Assembly (NCBI GenBank): GCA_963710755.1
Contig: CAVQBK010000007.1
Span: 1 to 64,000, forward strand
Direction of reading: 5' to 3'
Length of the DNA: 64,000 nt
Origin: an uncultured bacterium
Lineage (GTDB): Bacteria > Oederibacteriota > JAAXVQ01 > JAUVAV01
Shown: positions 33,177 to 43,432 of the stretch, piece by piece
Numbering within the stretch: position 1 is the first letter of the stretch
How the letters are laid out: each line of letters starts with the position of its first letter
Program-made: the position numbers and the translations under genes
Notes under the pieces: generated by a model
Databases searched by the model: none
What the model saw: only the letters and a program-made list of their open reading frames with translations
Told to the model about the DNA's origin: nothing

Positions 33177-33707
33177 ATGGGGAAAAAAAGTAAGATCGTA
33201 GGGATATCGTTATTCTTGATCTCGTCCTTTCTTGTGGGCATTTCCGCCCAGGCCCGTGTTACTGAAAAAGTTGATGCCATGATTGCCGAAAATTCACCTT
33301 TAAAAGTCAATGATAATGACCTCTGGATCCAAGTGGGTGGACCGCTGGTTTTAGGTGTGCAGTATGATAAATTTGCCACTGCCAATGTAGCCCTTGGTGG
33401 CGGGATAGGCTCTTACCTTAATGGTACCTCTTTGGATTTATCCATTAAATTTTTCCTTACGCCCGGACGCTTCTCGCCTTTCATTAGCGCCGGCCCGGTA
33501 TTGTATTACTCCTCAGCCGAAAAAAATACCTTTGGTGTTTTTGGTTCAGCCGGGTTAAGTTATTATTTTGCCGACGGCCTGGGGATCTCTGCCGCTTTTT
33601 GCTATGTTAAATCCTTGACCGAAAGTCTGAAACCTTTTAGTTACTATCAAATAAGTGATGAAATCAACTGGCCATCCATCCAATTTGGTTTGCATTGGAA
33701 TTATTGA
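33177..33707 (+). CDS. Exported protein, probable small outer-membrane beta-barrel
   Basis: Signal peptide, alternating Gly/aromatic strands, terminal GLHWNY. Confidence 0.55.
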   Translation: MGKKSKIVGISLFLISSFLVGISAQARVTEKVDAMIAENSPLKVNDNDLWIQVGGPLVLGVQYDKFATANVALGGGIGSYLNGTSLDLSIKFFLTPGRFSPFISAGPVLYYSSAEKNTFGVFGSAGLSYYFADGLGISAAFCYVKSLTESLKPFSYYQISDEINWPSIQFGLHWNY

Positions 33708-33772
33708 ACGACCAAAACAAAAGGACCGTTGGGGCAAGTGCCCGACCATGGTCTTTAAAAATCAAGGAGGGA

Positions 33773-34375
33773 ATGATGAGAAAAATAATGCAAGTAGTCT
33801 TGTCCGCAGTAATGATTGCAGCCTTGGCAGGTTGTGCTGGAAGCGTTAAGCGTATCTCCAGCGATGAAGTGGTTGATTTGTCGGGCCGCTGGAATGATAC
33901 CGACTCCCAGCTGGTAGCCGAAGAAATGGTTAAAGACTCGCTTTCCAAACCCTGGTTATCGCGATTCATGAAAAAGGCGGGAAAAAATCCCACCGTCATT
34001 GTGGGCACCATTAAAAATAAAACCGACGAGCACATCGCAGTGGATACCTTTAAAAATGATATTGAACGGGAGCTGATTAATAGCGGCATGGTGGAATTTG
34101 TATCTTCCAAAGGGGAACGGGAGGAGTTGCGCGCCGAACGTGAAGACCAGCAACTTAATGCCTCGGAAGCCACCAAAAAAGAAATGTATGCAGAAACTGG
34201 TGCCGACTATATGCTCCAGGGTACCATCTCCAAAATCACGGACGCTGCTTATGGTAAAAAAACCTTTTACTATCAAGTTGACATGACCATGACCGATTTG
34301 AAAACCGGAAAAAAAGTCTGGATTGGCGACAAGAAAATCAAGAAGTTCATCCAACGGCCGGGCGCGCGGTTCTAA
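33773..34375 (+). CDS. LpoB-like lipoprotein (PBP activator family)
   Basis: Lipobox LAGC; DLSGRWNDTD, NKTDEHI, GADYMLQGTI, YYQVDM. Confidence 0.8.
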   Translation: MMRKIMQVVLSAVMIAALAGCAGSVKRISSDEVVDLSGRWNDTDSQLVAEEMVKDSLSKPWLSRFMKKAGKNPTVIVGTIKNKTDEHIAVDTFKNDIERELINSGMVEFVSSKGEREELRAEREDQQLNASEATKKEMYAETGADYMLQGTISKITDAAYGKKTFYYQVDMTMTDLKTGKKVWIGDKKIKKFIQRPGARF

Positions 34376-34378
34376 GTT

Positions 34379-35716
34379 ATGAGGCAGGCTGGGTTTTATC
34401 GCTACTATGGAGCGGCCATGGTTACAGGCGTTCTCTTGCTTGCTGGTTGTGCCGGTACACCGGTCACTATGCAAGTGGAACGCCAAACCGCTCAGGGCGA
34501 TTACCAACAAGCTTTATCTTTAGTCACGCCCAAGCAAACCGCCTATAAGGGCGCCAATATCCTTTTGTATTATTTAGACAAAGGTGCTTTGCTGCAACGA
34601 TTGGGAGAATATCCGGTTAGCAATCAAGAACTGGATGAAGCTGAACGGCTGATGGAGGAATTTTCCACCACCAGTGTTACCCAGGCGGCGGCCTCTTTCC
34701 TGGTTAACGACATGACCATGGATTACAGCGGTGAAGATTTTGAGCAGGTGATGGTGAATGCCATCAAGGCTCTTAACTATCTCTATGCCGGAGACTTTTC
34801 AGGAGCCGGGGTGGAAGCCCGTAAGGTTAATACCCGCCTGCTGGAACTGGATGACAAGTATCAGGGCAAGGCTATCTATAGTGAAGACGCCTTTGCCCGC
34901 TACTTGGCAGCATTTGTCTACGAAGCGCAAGGCGAATATAACAATGCCTATATCGACTATAAAAAAGCCTATAAGGGATTTATCCATTATAACCGCCAGT
35001 TCAATATGCCCATGCCGGAGGTGATCAAGCAAGACCTGCTCCGGCTTTCACGCTGGATGGGATTTGATGATGAATTCCGACGCTGGCGCCGGACTTTTAA
35101 GGATCAGCCTTTACCCTCCATGCGTCCTAAGAAACAAAGTGAAGTCTTGCTGGTGATTTACGATGGCTTGATCCCCAGCAAAAGAACGACTTATACCGCG
35201 GTTCCGATCAGGACGGCGGATCATGAGCCCTATGTGTTAAAGGTTGCCTTTCCGGAATTTTCCCCCCGGGAACCGGTAATTGGCCAGGTGCGGGTGGGTA
35301 CCGCCGGGGGTGAAATTTTCACCAGCCAGGTGGTGGAACCGCTGAGCATGATTGCCTACAAAAATCTGGGACAACGACTGGGGTTAATCAGTGCCAAAGC
35401 CATTGCCCGGGCTACAGCCAAGTATATTGCCGCTTATAATGTCAGAAAAGCAACGCACAGCAAAAACGCAGGGGTTAATATGCTGGTCGGCTTGGCCACC
35501 AATGTGTTTACCTATGCCACCGAGCAAGCTGACACCAGATCATGGCGGACGCTGCCCAACCGTTTTCATCTGGTACGCTGTCCGGTGGCTGCAGGCAAGC
35601 AGGAGTTGGAGATCCGGGTAGAAGGCTTGCAAGGCGAGCCGAGAGAAGGATTCCCCTTAAGTGTGGAACTTAAGGAAGGACAGAAACTGGTTGTACCCCT
35701 GTACTATCCTAATTAA
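34379..35716 (+). CDS. COG3014-like TPR lipoprotein
   Basis: Lipobox LAGC, Y.GEDFE..M, ADTRSWRTLP; this family is commonly paired with LpoB-like genes. Confidence 0.75.
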   Translation: MRQAGFYRYYGAAMVTGVLLLAGCAGTPVTMQVERQTAQGDYQQALSLVTPKQTAYKGANILLYYLDKGALLQRLGEYPVSNQELDEAERLMEEFSTTSVTQAAASFLVNDMTMDYSGEDFEQVMVNAIKALNYLYAGDFSGAGVEARKVNTRLLELDDKYQGKAIYSEDAFARYLAAFVYEAQGEYNNAYIDYKKAYKGFIHYNRQFNMPMPEVIKQDLLRLSRWMGFDDEFRRWRRTFKDQPLPSMRPKKQSEVLLVIYDGLIPSKRTTYTAVPIRTADHEPYVLKVAFPEFSPREPVIGQVRVGTAGGEIFTSQVVEPLSMIAYKNLGQRLGLISAKAIARATAKYIAAYNVRKATHSKNAGVNMLVGLATNVFTYATEQADTRSWRTLPNRFHLVRCPVAAGKQELEIRVEGLQGEPREGFPLSVELKEGQKLVVPLYYPN

Positions 35717-35846
35717 GCCTGACCTGTGATCAGTTATGCCTGGTAAAAGGCCCGGCAAGAGGGATGGCAAGAACTGCCTGTGGGAATGACCGTGGAAAAA
35801 GCATTCCAGGTCTGGTTCTCATTAAAATAATGAAGGAGTCCTATCA

Positions 35847-36722
35847 TTGATGTTGAACGCCATCGCTATTCCAGGCATTAAGTTAATTAAACAAGGCAAG
35901 GTAAGGGACATCTATGATTTGGGCGAGGAATTATTGTTGGTTGCTTCCGACCGTCTCTCGGCCTTTGATGTAGTGCTGCCCACTCCTATTCCCGGCAAAG
36001 GGGAAGTCTTGACCAGGCTCTCCAAATTCTGGTTTGATTCCTTTAAAAATAGCATTCCCAATCATTTGTCTTCTCACCCCCTGGACGAGGCCATTAAGGA
36101 CCGGCAGTTGCTGCAAGCGTTGGCATCCAGAACCATGCGGGTTAAGAAAGCCAAGCCCGTGATGGTGGAGGCGATCGTGCGGGGTTATATTACCGGTTCA
36201 GGATGGAAGGAGTACCAAAAAAGCGGCACAGTTTGCGGCATCTCCTTGCCCGGCGGTTTGCAGGAATCAGCTCAGCTGCCGGAGCCTATTTTTACCCCTT
36301 CCACCAAAGCTGAGGTGGGTGACCATGATGAAAATATCAGTTTCGAGGAAGCAGCTTCCATCGTGGGCCAGGAAACAGCTCAAGCTGTCAAGACTCTGAG
36401 TCTTGACATATACAGCCGGGCTGCGGCTTATGCCCGGCAACGGGGAATTATCATTGCCGATACCAAGTTTGAGTTCGGGATGATCGATGGCCGGTTGTGC
36501 CTGATTGACGAGGTCTTGACCCCTGACTCCTCCCGTTTCTGGCCCATGGACAGTTACCGGCCGGGTCAGTCCCAACCGTCCTATGACAAGCAATATGTCC
36601 GGGATTGGTTGCTTAGTTCAGGATGGGACAAAACGCCGCCAGGCCCGGTATTGCCTGACGATGTGGTAAAACGAACTTCGGAAAAATATTGGGAGGCGTA
36701 TAAACGCCTAACTGCTGCTTGA
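35847..36722 (+). CDS. purC: SAICAR synthetase
   Basis: GKVRDIY, SDRLSAFD, FTPSTKA, ADTKFEFG, DEVLTPDSSRFW, DKQYVRD. Confidence 0.97.
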   Translation: MMLNAIAIPGIKLIKQGKVRDIYDLGEELLLVASDRLSAFDVVLPTPIPGKGEVLTRLSKFWFDSFKNSIPNHLSSHPLDEAIKDRQLLQALASRTMRVKKAKPVMVEAIVRGYITGSGWKEYQKSGTVCGISLPGGLQESAQLPEPIFTPSTKAEVGDHDENISFEEAASIVGQETAQAVKTLSLDIYSRAAAYARQRGIIIADTKFEFGMIDGRLCLIDEVLTPDSSRFWPMDSYRPGQSQPSYDKQYVRDWLLSSGWDKTPPGPVLPDDVVKRTSEKYWEAYKRLTAA

Positions 36723-36758
36723 ATTGCAGTAATCAAATAACGTAATTAGGAGGGTGAA

Positions 36759-37517
36759 ATGACTAGAGCAAGGATAATAGGGATAATGGCAGGGCTCGTG
36801 GTGGGGTTGAGTGTACTGGCCCATGCCGGACCGCATCAATATAAATGGATACAAGATAAAACTGTTTCTTCCGATGAAGTGTTGAGGAAATCCCAGGCCC
36901 AGCGGGTGTTGCCCATTAATGAATCAGAGACACTGGAGGCGGTTAAACAGGTCATGACCGATGATTTGTTCATGGCTTTGGCTCAATACCATAAATCACG
37001 TCACCGCCAGGACGGGGAGACGACGCCGGAAACGGTTTTGCCGGAAGAGATTGTCAAGCAACATGAGGTGGAGTTGATTGATGAGGATTACCGGTTTCTT
37101 TTGGAGGTTTCTTTGAAAAAATATGGTGCCCGCACTCGGGTTATCGCCAAAGCAGTTCCTGTCTATAGGGTTCGTGATCTGGATGCGGAAGCGGCCCAGG
37201 GCGATAATAATGAAGGCACCAGTGTGGAAGTAAAGGTTAAATCAGATCAAGGTGGTGCGGTTGCCATGGGCCCCATCTTTGTGGCACCGACTTATGGTAT
37301 GCCTGGGGACTTTGGCATTTCGCCTCTGCCGGATGCTGCCGAACGAGGCGGACTGCTGGTAAGATCATTCATGTACTTTCTCGAAAAACGGGTGGCTGCA
37401 AAGGATATGAACGGTCAGGTAAACGGAAGTGATGTTCAGATGGCAGCAGAACAACAACCTAATGAGGCGCCCACCGGCGTGACGGAAGTTAACATTAAAG
37501 TAAAGTCAGGCAAGTAG
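36759..37517 (+). CDS. Hypothetical exported protein
   Basis: ggaggg RBS, signal peptide ending AHA; no family recognised. Confidence 0.6.
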   Translation: MTRARIIGIMAGLVVGLSVLAHAGPHQYKWIQDKTVSSDEVLRKSQAQRVLPINESETLEAVKQVMTDDLFMALAQYHKSRHRQDGETTPETVLPEEIVKQHEVELIDEDYRFLLEVSLKKYGARTRVIAKAVPVYRVRDLDAEAAQGDNNEGTSVEVKVKSDQGGAVAMGPIFVAPTYGMPGDFGISPLPDAAERGGLLVRSFMYFLEKRVAAKDMNGQVNGSDVQMAAEQQPNEAPTGVTEVNIKVKSGK

Positions 37518-37580
37518 TCGACATTGACTTTAGTACGTGGAAAAGGTTGAAAGCGTCTATTTTTTAACCATTGTTTGAAA

Positions 37581-37620
37581 ATCCCTTTGCCTGGCATGGC
37601 CTGGGCAAAGGGATTTTTTT
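37581..37620 (+). terminator. Rho-independent terminator
   Basis: atccctttgcc...ggcaaagggat followed by a T run. Confidence 0.8.
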
Positions 37621-38255
37621 GCCACCATCGATTCATAGGTAAAACATCCCAATTATCCGCCATCCTCTTGTGTTTTTATCGAGTCATAACTTATTTTATT
37701 CCAGAGGTCTTGACCGACTTTTTGTCATCGGTTTTCGTAGAATGACCGGGGAGCCGCAGATTCTTTTCATAATGGAAATATTGGGCCGCTTCTCTTCCTG
37801 ACGTTGCATTACCGTATCTAGCGTTTGACGTTGATCACTTCCGGTCTGCAGCCCCTCCTTTCCTGTGGTTTACTCTTAAACTGAATTTTTAAAAGTTCTT
37901 CTTAAATGGACAGGTTGGCTTGACGCCGGCAGTCCTTCTTTGCTATCTGCTGTGGTATTGATGTAAAAAGGCAGTTCCAGCCCTTTTAATAATTGAATAC
38001 CACTGTTTGGGGACCACGGTATGGGATTGGAAAAGAAGCTTCCTAAACCGGGAAGCCCAAAACCAAGAAAGAAACTTATTAAAACTAATGTGGAAAGATG
38101 ACCCGTTATTTTTTCCATCGGATCTTCCTCCTTTTCGCTCATTTTCTTCCTGCGCCATGGACCCCATAGCGAGGGCATAGTTCCGCCAAGGGGCATTAAG
38201 TTTTCGTAAAAATGAGACGACACTATAGATGAAGACAAAAAAGGAGGTTCGCCTT

Positions 38256-38450
38256 ATGGATCCGAAGCCTTTTGAAAAAGAGCAGTCAGACGGTCTGGAT
38301 ATTATTCAGGAACTAACCTTGGAAAGCTTCAAAGAATATAAAGAAAATAAAAGAAATATTGAGGATTTTATCCAGTTTTTGGAGGCCTTGCACTATTGCG
38401 AGGATCCTGATGAGCTTATTGAATATGAGATGCCCTTTAGTTTGAATTAA
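38256..38450 (+). CDS. Small acidic hypothetical protein (64 aa)
   Basis: Strong RBS aaggagg before ATG; ends at a bidirectional hairpin. Confidence 0.55.
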   Translation: MDPKPFEKEQSDGLDIIQELTLESFKEYKENKRNIEDFIQFLEALHYCEDPDELIEYEMPFSLN

Positions 38451-38490
38451 CCAAGCCGGCCCATACTTGAAGACGGCTTGGTTAATTCAA
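38442..38490. terminator. Bidirectional terminator-like hairpin
   Basis: Perfect 17-bp IR ttgaattaaccaagccg / cggcttggttaattcaa between convergent genes. Confidence 0.75.
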
Positions 38491-38497
38491 TTAAGCC

Positions 38498-38839
38498 TTA
38501 GCCAATGGCTTTTTTACCTTTTTCCCGGGTCCGTATCCGGTAGCACTCCACCAGATCAATGACAAAAATTTTGCCATCGCCGATAGTATCAGTGCCGGCC
38601 GCATTCATAATGGTTTCCACGGTTTTTTCAAGAAATTCGTCATTGACGCCTATGTCCAGACGTACCTTTTTCAATAAATTAACACTTAGTTTAACCCCGC
38701 GATAGCTTTCTTCATAACCCATCTGTTGACCGCATCCCAAAGCATTGGTGACCGACATCTTGCCCACCCCGGCGGCAGCAAGGGCATCTTTAACTTCTGT
38801 CAGACGTTGCGGTTGAATATAAGCGATAATTAGTTTCAT
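38498..38839 (-). CDS. glnK: P-II nitrogen regulatory protein (amtB-linked)
   Basis: [31 protein letters not shown]. Confidence 0.9.
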   Translation of the reverse strand: MKLIIAYIQPQRLTEVKDALAAAGVGKMSVTNALGCGQQMGYEESYRGVKLSVNLLKKVRLDIGVNDEFLEKTVETIMNAAGTDTIGDGKIFVIDLVECYRIRTREKGKKAIG

Positions 38840-38851
38840 GATACCATCCTC

Positions 38852-40291
38852 CTATTCCGTGGTGAAAATTTGGAATCCGCTATAAGATTCCATGCCGTGT
38901 TCGGTGATGTCCAATCCGCGGCGTTCCTCCTCAGCGCTGACACGCAAACCAATCGTGACTTTGATAAGACCGAAGAGAACGAAGCCGGTAGCCAGACACC
39001 AGGCCAGGACCGATAGAATGCCGATCAATTGGCTGCCCAACTGTCCAGCACCTCCACCATAGAATAGTCCTGATACACCGCCGAAATCTTTGGAAGCGAA
39101 CAAGCCTACGGCCAAAGTGCCCCAAGCACCGCAAACGCCATGCACGCTGATGGCACCCACAGGATCGTCGATCCTCAGAACTTTATCGATGAATTCCACG
39201 GAGAGCACCACAATAACGCCGGCGATCAAGCCAATAATAATGGCTCCGCCTGGGGAGACATTGGCACAGCCGGCGGTTATTCCCACCAACCCTGCCAATA
39301 CCCCGTTGAAAGTCATGGAGGTGTCCGGTTTCTTATTTTTAATCCAGACCGTAACCATGGCGCCAATTGCGCCGGCGGCTGCGGCCAGATTGGTGGTCAC
39401 GGCAATCAGACCGATGTTGAGCGACGCTTGCGTAGTGCTGCCGGCATTAAAACCGAACCATCCGAACCACAGAATAAATACCCCCAAGGCTGCCAGGGGC
39501 ATATTGTGACCGAGAATGGCCTTAGATTCACCCTTGGGTCCGTACTTGCCGAGCCTGGGGCCAAGAACGATCGCCCCGGTCAAGGCTAGCCAGCCCCCCA
39601 CGGAATGGACCACCGTGGAACCGGCGAAGTCGATCATAGGGATTTTGAGGGTACTCAACCAGCCGCCACCCCAAATCCAATGGCCCACCACCGGATAAAT
39701 GAAGAGGCTGATAAATAAGCTGTAAAGCAAATAACCTACAAATTTTGTTCTCTCGGCCATGGCGCCGGAGACAATGGTGGCTGCTGTGGCGGCAAAGACT
39801 ACCTGGAACATCCAATAGGCATATTGCCACAACCCTTCACTGCCGGCTGTATTGCCTGTGCTCAGAAAAAAACCACTGGTGCCGAAAAGGCCTAGCTTAT
39901 CTGCGCCGAACATGATCCCAAACCCAATGGCCCAGAAGGCAATCGACCCAACCGCAAAATCCATGAGGTTTTTCATCATGATATTGCCCGCGTTCTTGGC
40001 CCTGGTTAGTCCGGTTTCCACCATGGCAAAACCAGGCTGCATAAACATAACCAGGACGGCGGCCACCACAATCCAAACCCAATTAGCTGAATCTTGGGCG
40101 TTTTTGGCAGCAGCGGTGTTTTCTTTGACCAGCGGCGCCAGATCGGGAGCGGGGGTGCTCGGTGCGGTGGTCATGGCCATCGCTACGTTGGGTGCGGTAT
40201 CCTGCGGGGTCTCCGCCCAGCCGGCGGTGACCATGAGGCTTAAACCCAAAGCTATTAAACTTCCCAAAATGAACTTATTGATGCCTTTCAT
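38852..40291 (-). CDS. amtB: Ammonium transporter
   Basis: MQPGFAMVETG, FQVVFAATAATIVSGAMAER, DFAGSTVVH, WFGWFGFN, DDPVGAISVHG; RBS aggagg. Confidence 0.97.
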   Translation of the reverse strand: MKGINKFILGSLIALGLSLMVTAGWAETPQDTAPNVAMAMTTAPSTPAPDLAPLVKENTAAAKNAQDSANWVWIVVAAVLVMFMQPGFAMVETGLTRAKNAGNIMMKNLMDFAVGSIAFWAIGFGIMFGADKLGLFGTSGFFLSTGNTAGSEGLWQYAYWMFQVVFAATAATIVSGAMAERTKFVGYLLYSLFISLFIYPVVGHWIWGGGWLSTLKIPMIDFAGSTVVHSVGGWLALTGAIVLGPRLGKYGPKGESKAILGHNMPLAALGVFILWFGWFGFNAGSTTQASLNIGLIAVTTNLAAAAGAIGAMVTVWIKNKKPDTSMTFNGVLAGLVGITAGCANVSPGGAIIIGLIAGVIVVLSVEFIDKVLRIDDPVGAISVHGVCGAWGTLAVGLFASKDFGGVSGLFYGGGAGQLGSQLIGILSVLAWCLATGFVLFGLIKVTIGLRVSAEEERRGLDITEHGMESYSGFQIFTTE

Positions 40292-40304
40292 GATGCACCT
40301 CCTC

Positions 40305-41060
40305 CTATAAGGACAGACTGGCGCCGATGGAAAAGTAGAGATAGCCAGTCTTGTCCAGCAATGTGCTGATTTCATTATCCAGTAAATAACTGTAATGAAC
40401 AGCCGGGGTCACGCCGACGGTGCCGAAGCTGAAGGGCAGACTTAAGCCCAGGACTAAATCCACCGGGGCGGCTTTATCGAGCCCGAAATAACCGCGGTTG
40501 TAGGAAGCGCTACCATAACCGGCGGAGGCGCTAAGGTCCAGACTGTTCAGGGGGCCCGTTTTGAGTTCAAAGCTGTGACTTAGACCGAGCAGGAAATAAG
40601 AGCCCTTAATTTCATCCACATCGGAATAGACGGCCAGCGATGGGGAAGTCGGTACGTCGGCGGAAAAGGAAGCAAAAAGTTCATGGGTGGTGGCCGCCAC
40701 GCCTGGAAACATATAGGAAATGATCCCTACATCCGCCGTGATTGGGCCGAAGGATTTGCTGTAATCCAAGGTTAGGTCGATCTCAGTAAATTCGCCGCTG
40801 CGGTTGCCATAGCCGGCTTCTTCGCCGTAACCGGATAAATCCATATTGCCCCAGAAGTTAAAACCCAGGTCATAGCCGAGGGGAACGGTCAAAGACGGTT
40901 GAAACACAGCCTCCTTGTTTACTTCTAGACCGCGCCACACATAGCTGCTGACTACGGGTAAATCCAGACCAACTTCCGCTGCTATGCCGGCCGTCGGGGC
41001 CGACAGTACTGTCAGACCACAGAGCAGAATCAAAGCTGAAAATTTAAATCGGTTCTTCAT
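40305..41060 (-). CDS. TorF/TIGR02001-like outer-membrane beta-barrel protein
   Basis: Signal peptide, SSYVWRG, FQPSL, EIDLTLDY, terminal GASLSL; first large gene of the amt operon. Confidence 0.7.
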   Translation of the reverse strand: MKNRFKFSALILLCGLTVLSAPTAGIAAEVGLDLPVVSSYVWRGLEVNKEAVFQPSLTVPLGYDLGFNFWGNMDLSGYGEEAGYGNRSGEFTEIDLTLDYSKSFGPITADVGIISYMFPGVAATTHELFASFSADVPTSPSLAVYSDVDEIKGSYFLLGLSHSFELKTGPLNSLDLSASAGYGSASYNRGYFGLDKAAPVDLVLGLSLPFSFGTVGVTPAVHYSYLLDNEISTLLDKTGYLYFSIGASLSL

Positions 41061-41112
41061 GGTAATCCTCCTTAAATAAGTGTATTGGTTGGTATTGGTT
41101 GGCAATTGAAGT

Positions 41113-41154
41113 TTAATGATCTTTACAAGCAGAGAAATGTTCATTACCCGACAT
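41113..41154 (-). CDS. Candidate 13-aa leader peptide MSGNEHFSACKDH
   Basis: Strong SD aaggaggtg, with AGGAGG 5 nt before ATG, just downstream of the sigma-54 promoter. Confidence 0.4.
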   Translation of the reverse strand: MSGNEHFSACKDH

Positions 41155-41205
41155 ACGCACCTCCTTCTCGCTGCTGCCTGCATCAATAGGATGGTTAGGT
41201 ATTTC

Positions 41206-41221
41206 GCATAATTTGTGCCAA
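41206..41221 (-). promoter_or_regulatory. Sigma-54 (-24/-12) promoter of the porin-amtB-glnK operon
   Basis: Minus strand TTGGCACAAATTATGC, GG and GC 12 nt apart. Confidence 0.8.
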
Positions 41222-41419
41222 GAATTAAAACAGCGTAAGAAGACGTTTAGGCTTTAAAATAAGCCGTACGTCAAAAATGAGAAAAATGGGAGGGCTACAA
41301 TTAAATACAAAAATGAAATTAAATAAAAAACAAATACAAAAAAGTAATTAAAAAACCATTGCGAAAGTATAGCGCCATAGTGGGGATAGGTCTATGTTGG
41401 GGTTGAAACAAACGTTGGA

Positions 41420-42610
41420 TCAGTCGAAATCTACGTAGAGTTTTCTGAAATCAATGCCACCGATCGTTTGAAATTCGTTTTGGTAAGCAAAATTGATCTT
41501 GTGTTTAGCCTCGAACAAATCAGGGTTGGAACTGCCATTGCTGATGGCCAGATAGGCTTCGATATAGGCGCCCAGCAAATCAGCGGCCTTGACCAGATGA
41601 CCATCACGGGGACAGTAGCGATCGTCATTATAATTTTGGTTGATCTCATCACAGGTCAGGTCTTTGACGATTTGATTATTGAGAATATTGGCGAATTCAT
41701 ATTCCGTGAACAGCCGGAATTCATCGTGCCAGGCAAGGGGGAGCAAGCTGTACACGTCTTTGTTCATGAGTTCTATTTCATAAGCCTTTAACAAAGTGTC
41801 GAGACCCTCCACAGAACGCTTGATGGGGGAGATGATGTCGCGGGTCAATACTTCGGGTAAGTCATGGAAAAGTCCGGTAAAATAGTTGTTGACCATGCGG
41901 CAACGGCAGGCGCCGATTTCCATACTGAAAAGGTAGGAAACAATGGCCACGAACAGCATGTGTCCCATAACTGAGGTTTGGGGGATGCGGTGCAGGTTGG
42001 ACCAACGTTTTTGGAATCGCAACTGTCCACAAAGGTCAAGAAACTTTTTATAACGAAGGTTTTCCATCAAGGCTTTAATGCCGTTCAAATCGGAGTATTT
42101 TTCCTGCTTTTGTTTGAGATCTTGGAGTATATCCTCATTTTCGTAGCCATCAGGATTAAAGCGTTCAATAATGTTGAATTCGAATTTGGTGGCATAAAAG
42201 TGAGCCGCACTTAGAATCCGGCGATTGATGTTGTCTTCGGAAGCTGAAAAATAGTTGGCGAAGCGTTCCACAAAGGGTTCTCCTAAATCGCCGAGCACAG
42301 GGCTTAATTCATTGGCAACCCATTGATTTAGTTGTTGGTAGCGATGGGGATCGGTTTTGATTTTATAAATAATTGGAGGTTTTAAGTCGGTCAGTACGAT
42401 GCGCTGCAACAGTTCGAAAATGCCGCCTTCGATAATTTTGATCCAATCAAAATCAGGATGGTTTTCTTCGAATTTGCCCAGAAAATAAGCGATCACCATT
42501 TTATGGGCTTGTTTGTCCAATTCGGTGAATTCCATGGGCCTGACCTTATCATTCCAGCGTTGAATTGTAGCAGCGTTGAATAGTTTTAACAGAAAGGGCT
42601 TGCGAACCAT
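41420..42610 (-). CDS. Tandem HD-domain phosphohydrolase (YfbR-like)
   Basis: IQRWND..ELDKQAHK..TDLKPP; second repeat QKRWS..SVMGH..FHDLPEVLTRDIISP, KAAD. Confidence 0.82.
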   Translation of the reverse strand: MVRKPFLLKLFNAATIQRWNDKVRPMEFTELDKQAHKMVIAYFLGKFEENHPDFDWIKIIEGGIFELLQRIVLTDLKPPIIYKIKTDPHRYQQLNQWVANELSPVLGDLGEPFVERFANYFSASEDNINRRILSAAHFYATKFEFNIIERFNPDGYENEDILQDLKQKQEKYSDLNGIKALMENLRYKKFLDLCGQLRFQKRWSNLHRIPQTSVMGHMLFVAIVSYLFSMEIGACRCRMVNNYFTGLFHDLPEVLTRDIISPIKRSVEGLDTLLKAYEIELMNKDVYSLLPLAWHDEFRLFTEYEFANILNNQIVKDLTCDEINQNYNDDRYCPRDGHLVKAADLLGAYIEAYLAISNGSSNPDLFEAKHKINFAYQNEFQTIGGIDFRKLYVDFD

Positions 42611-42809
42611 GGCGGCCTCCTGGCATGAAGAGGAGTAAAGGCGTTACTCTGAATAAGAGCTAAAACCGAGCTATCAACGTCGACGAAAGCAGAACATTTA
42701 GGTAACCGTCTGGAAAGGGATCGGTCAAAAGCACTGGTCTTTTTATATGGTGTACGTTATCATAAGCTCACGTAAAGCACCAGAATAAAAACATAATTGG
42801 AGAGCACCT

Positions 42810-43418
42810 ATGGATGGACATCAGCTGGATAAGGTGGTTATCGAGACACGGTCAAATGATTATGGGATAGAGACCTTGATTTTAAACCGCTGGTCACCTC
42901 GCGCCTTTCTGGATAAAAAAGTACCCGACGAAGAATGGCGGGCCGTGCTCGATGCTGCACATTGGGCGCCTTCCAGTAACAATGAGCAACCCTGGCGGTT
43001 CCTGGTGGCCAGTCAGCCAGAGACTTTAAAGAAAGTGCAGGCTTGTCTCACCGAAAGGAATCAGCGCTGGGCCAATCGCGCTCCGATTTTGATAGTGGTC
43101 TTGTCCAAACCGGTTTACAGCCGTGACGGCTCTAAGAATCATTGGCACAGTTTTGACGCCGGAGCAGCCTGGGGCTATTTGGCCCTGGAGGCCAAACACC
43201 GGGGCATGATCGCCCATGCCATGGCCGGTTTTTCTCGGGAGAAAGTGATGGAGGCGTGCCGTGTACCCCAAGACTGGGGTCTTCATGCAGTGGTGGCGCT
43301 GGGCTACCAGGCGCCGGCTGACCACTTGCCTGAAGATTTGAAAAAACGGGAAAATCCCAGTTTACGCAAACCCTTGGAAAGCTTGTGGCGTGAGGGTGAG
43401 TTTGATTTTGACCGCTGA
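42810..43418 (+). CDS. Nitroreductase family protein
   Basis: RWSPRAF, WAPSSNNEQPWRF, FDAGAA, HAMAGF. Confidence 0.92.
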   Translation: MDGHQLDKVVIETRSNDYGIETLILNRWSPRAFLDKKVPDEEWRAVLDAAHWAPSSNNEQPWRFLVASQPETLKKVQACLTERNQRWANRAPILIVVLSKPVYSRDGSKNHWHSFDAGAAWGYLALEAKHRGMIAHAMAGFSREKVMEACRVPQDWGLHAVVALGYQAPADHLPEDLKKRENPSLRKPLESLWREGEFDFDR

Positions 43419-43432
43419 ATCTTAGATCGTAC

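Noticed and set aside
37876-38238. Minus-strand 120-aa ORF
   Set aside because: Competing short frames, no clear RBS or motif; cannot be supported
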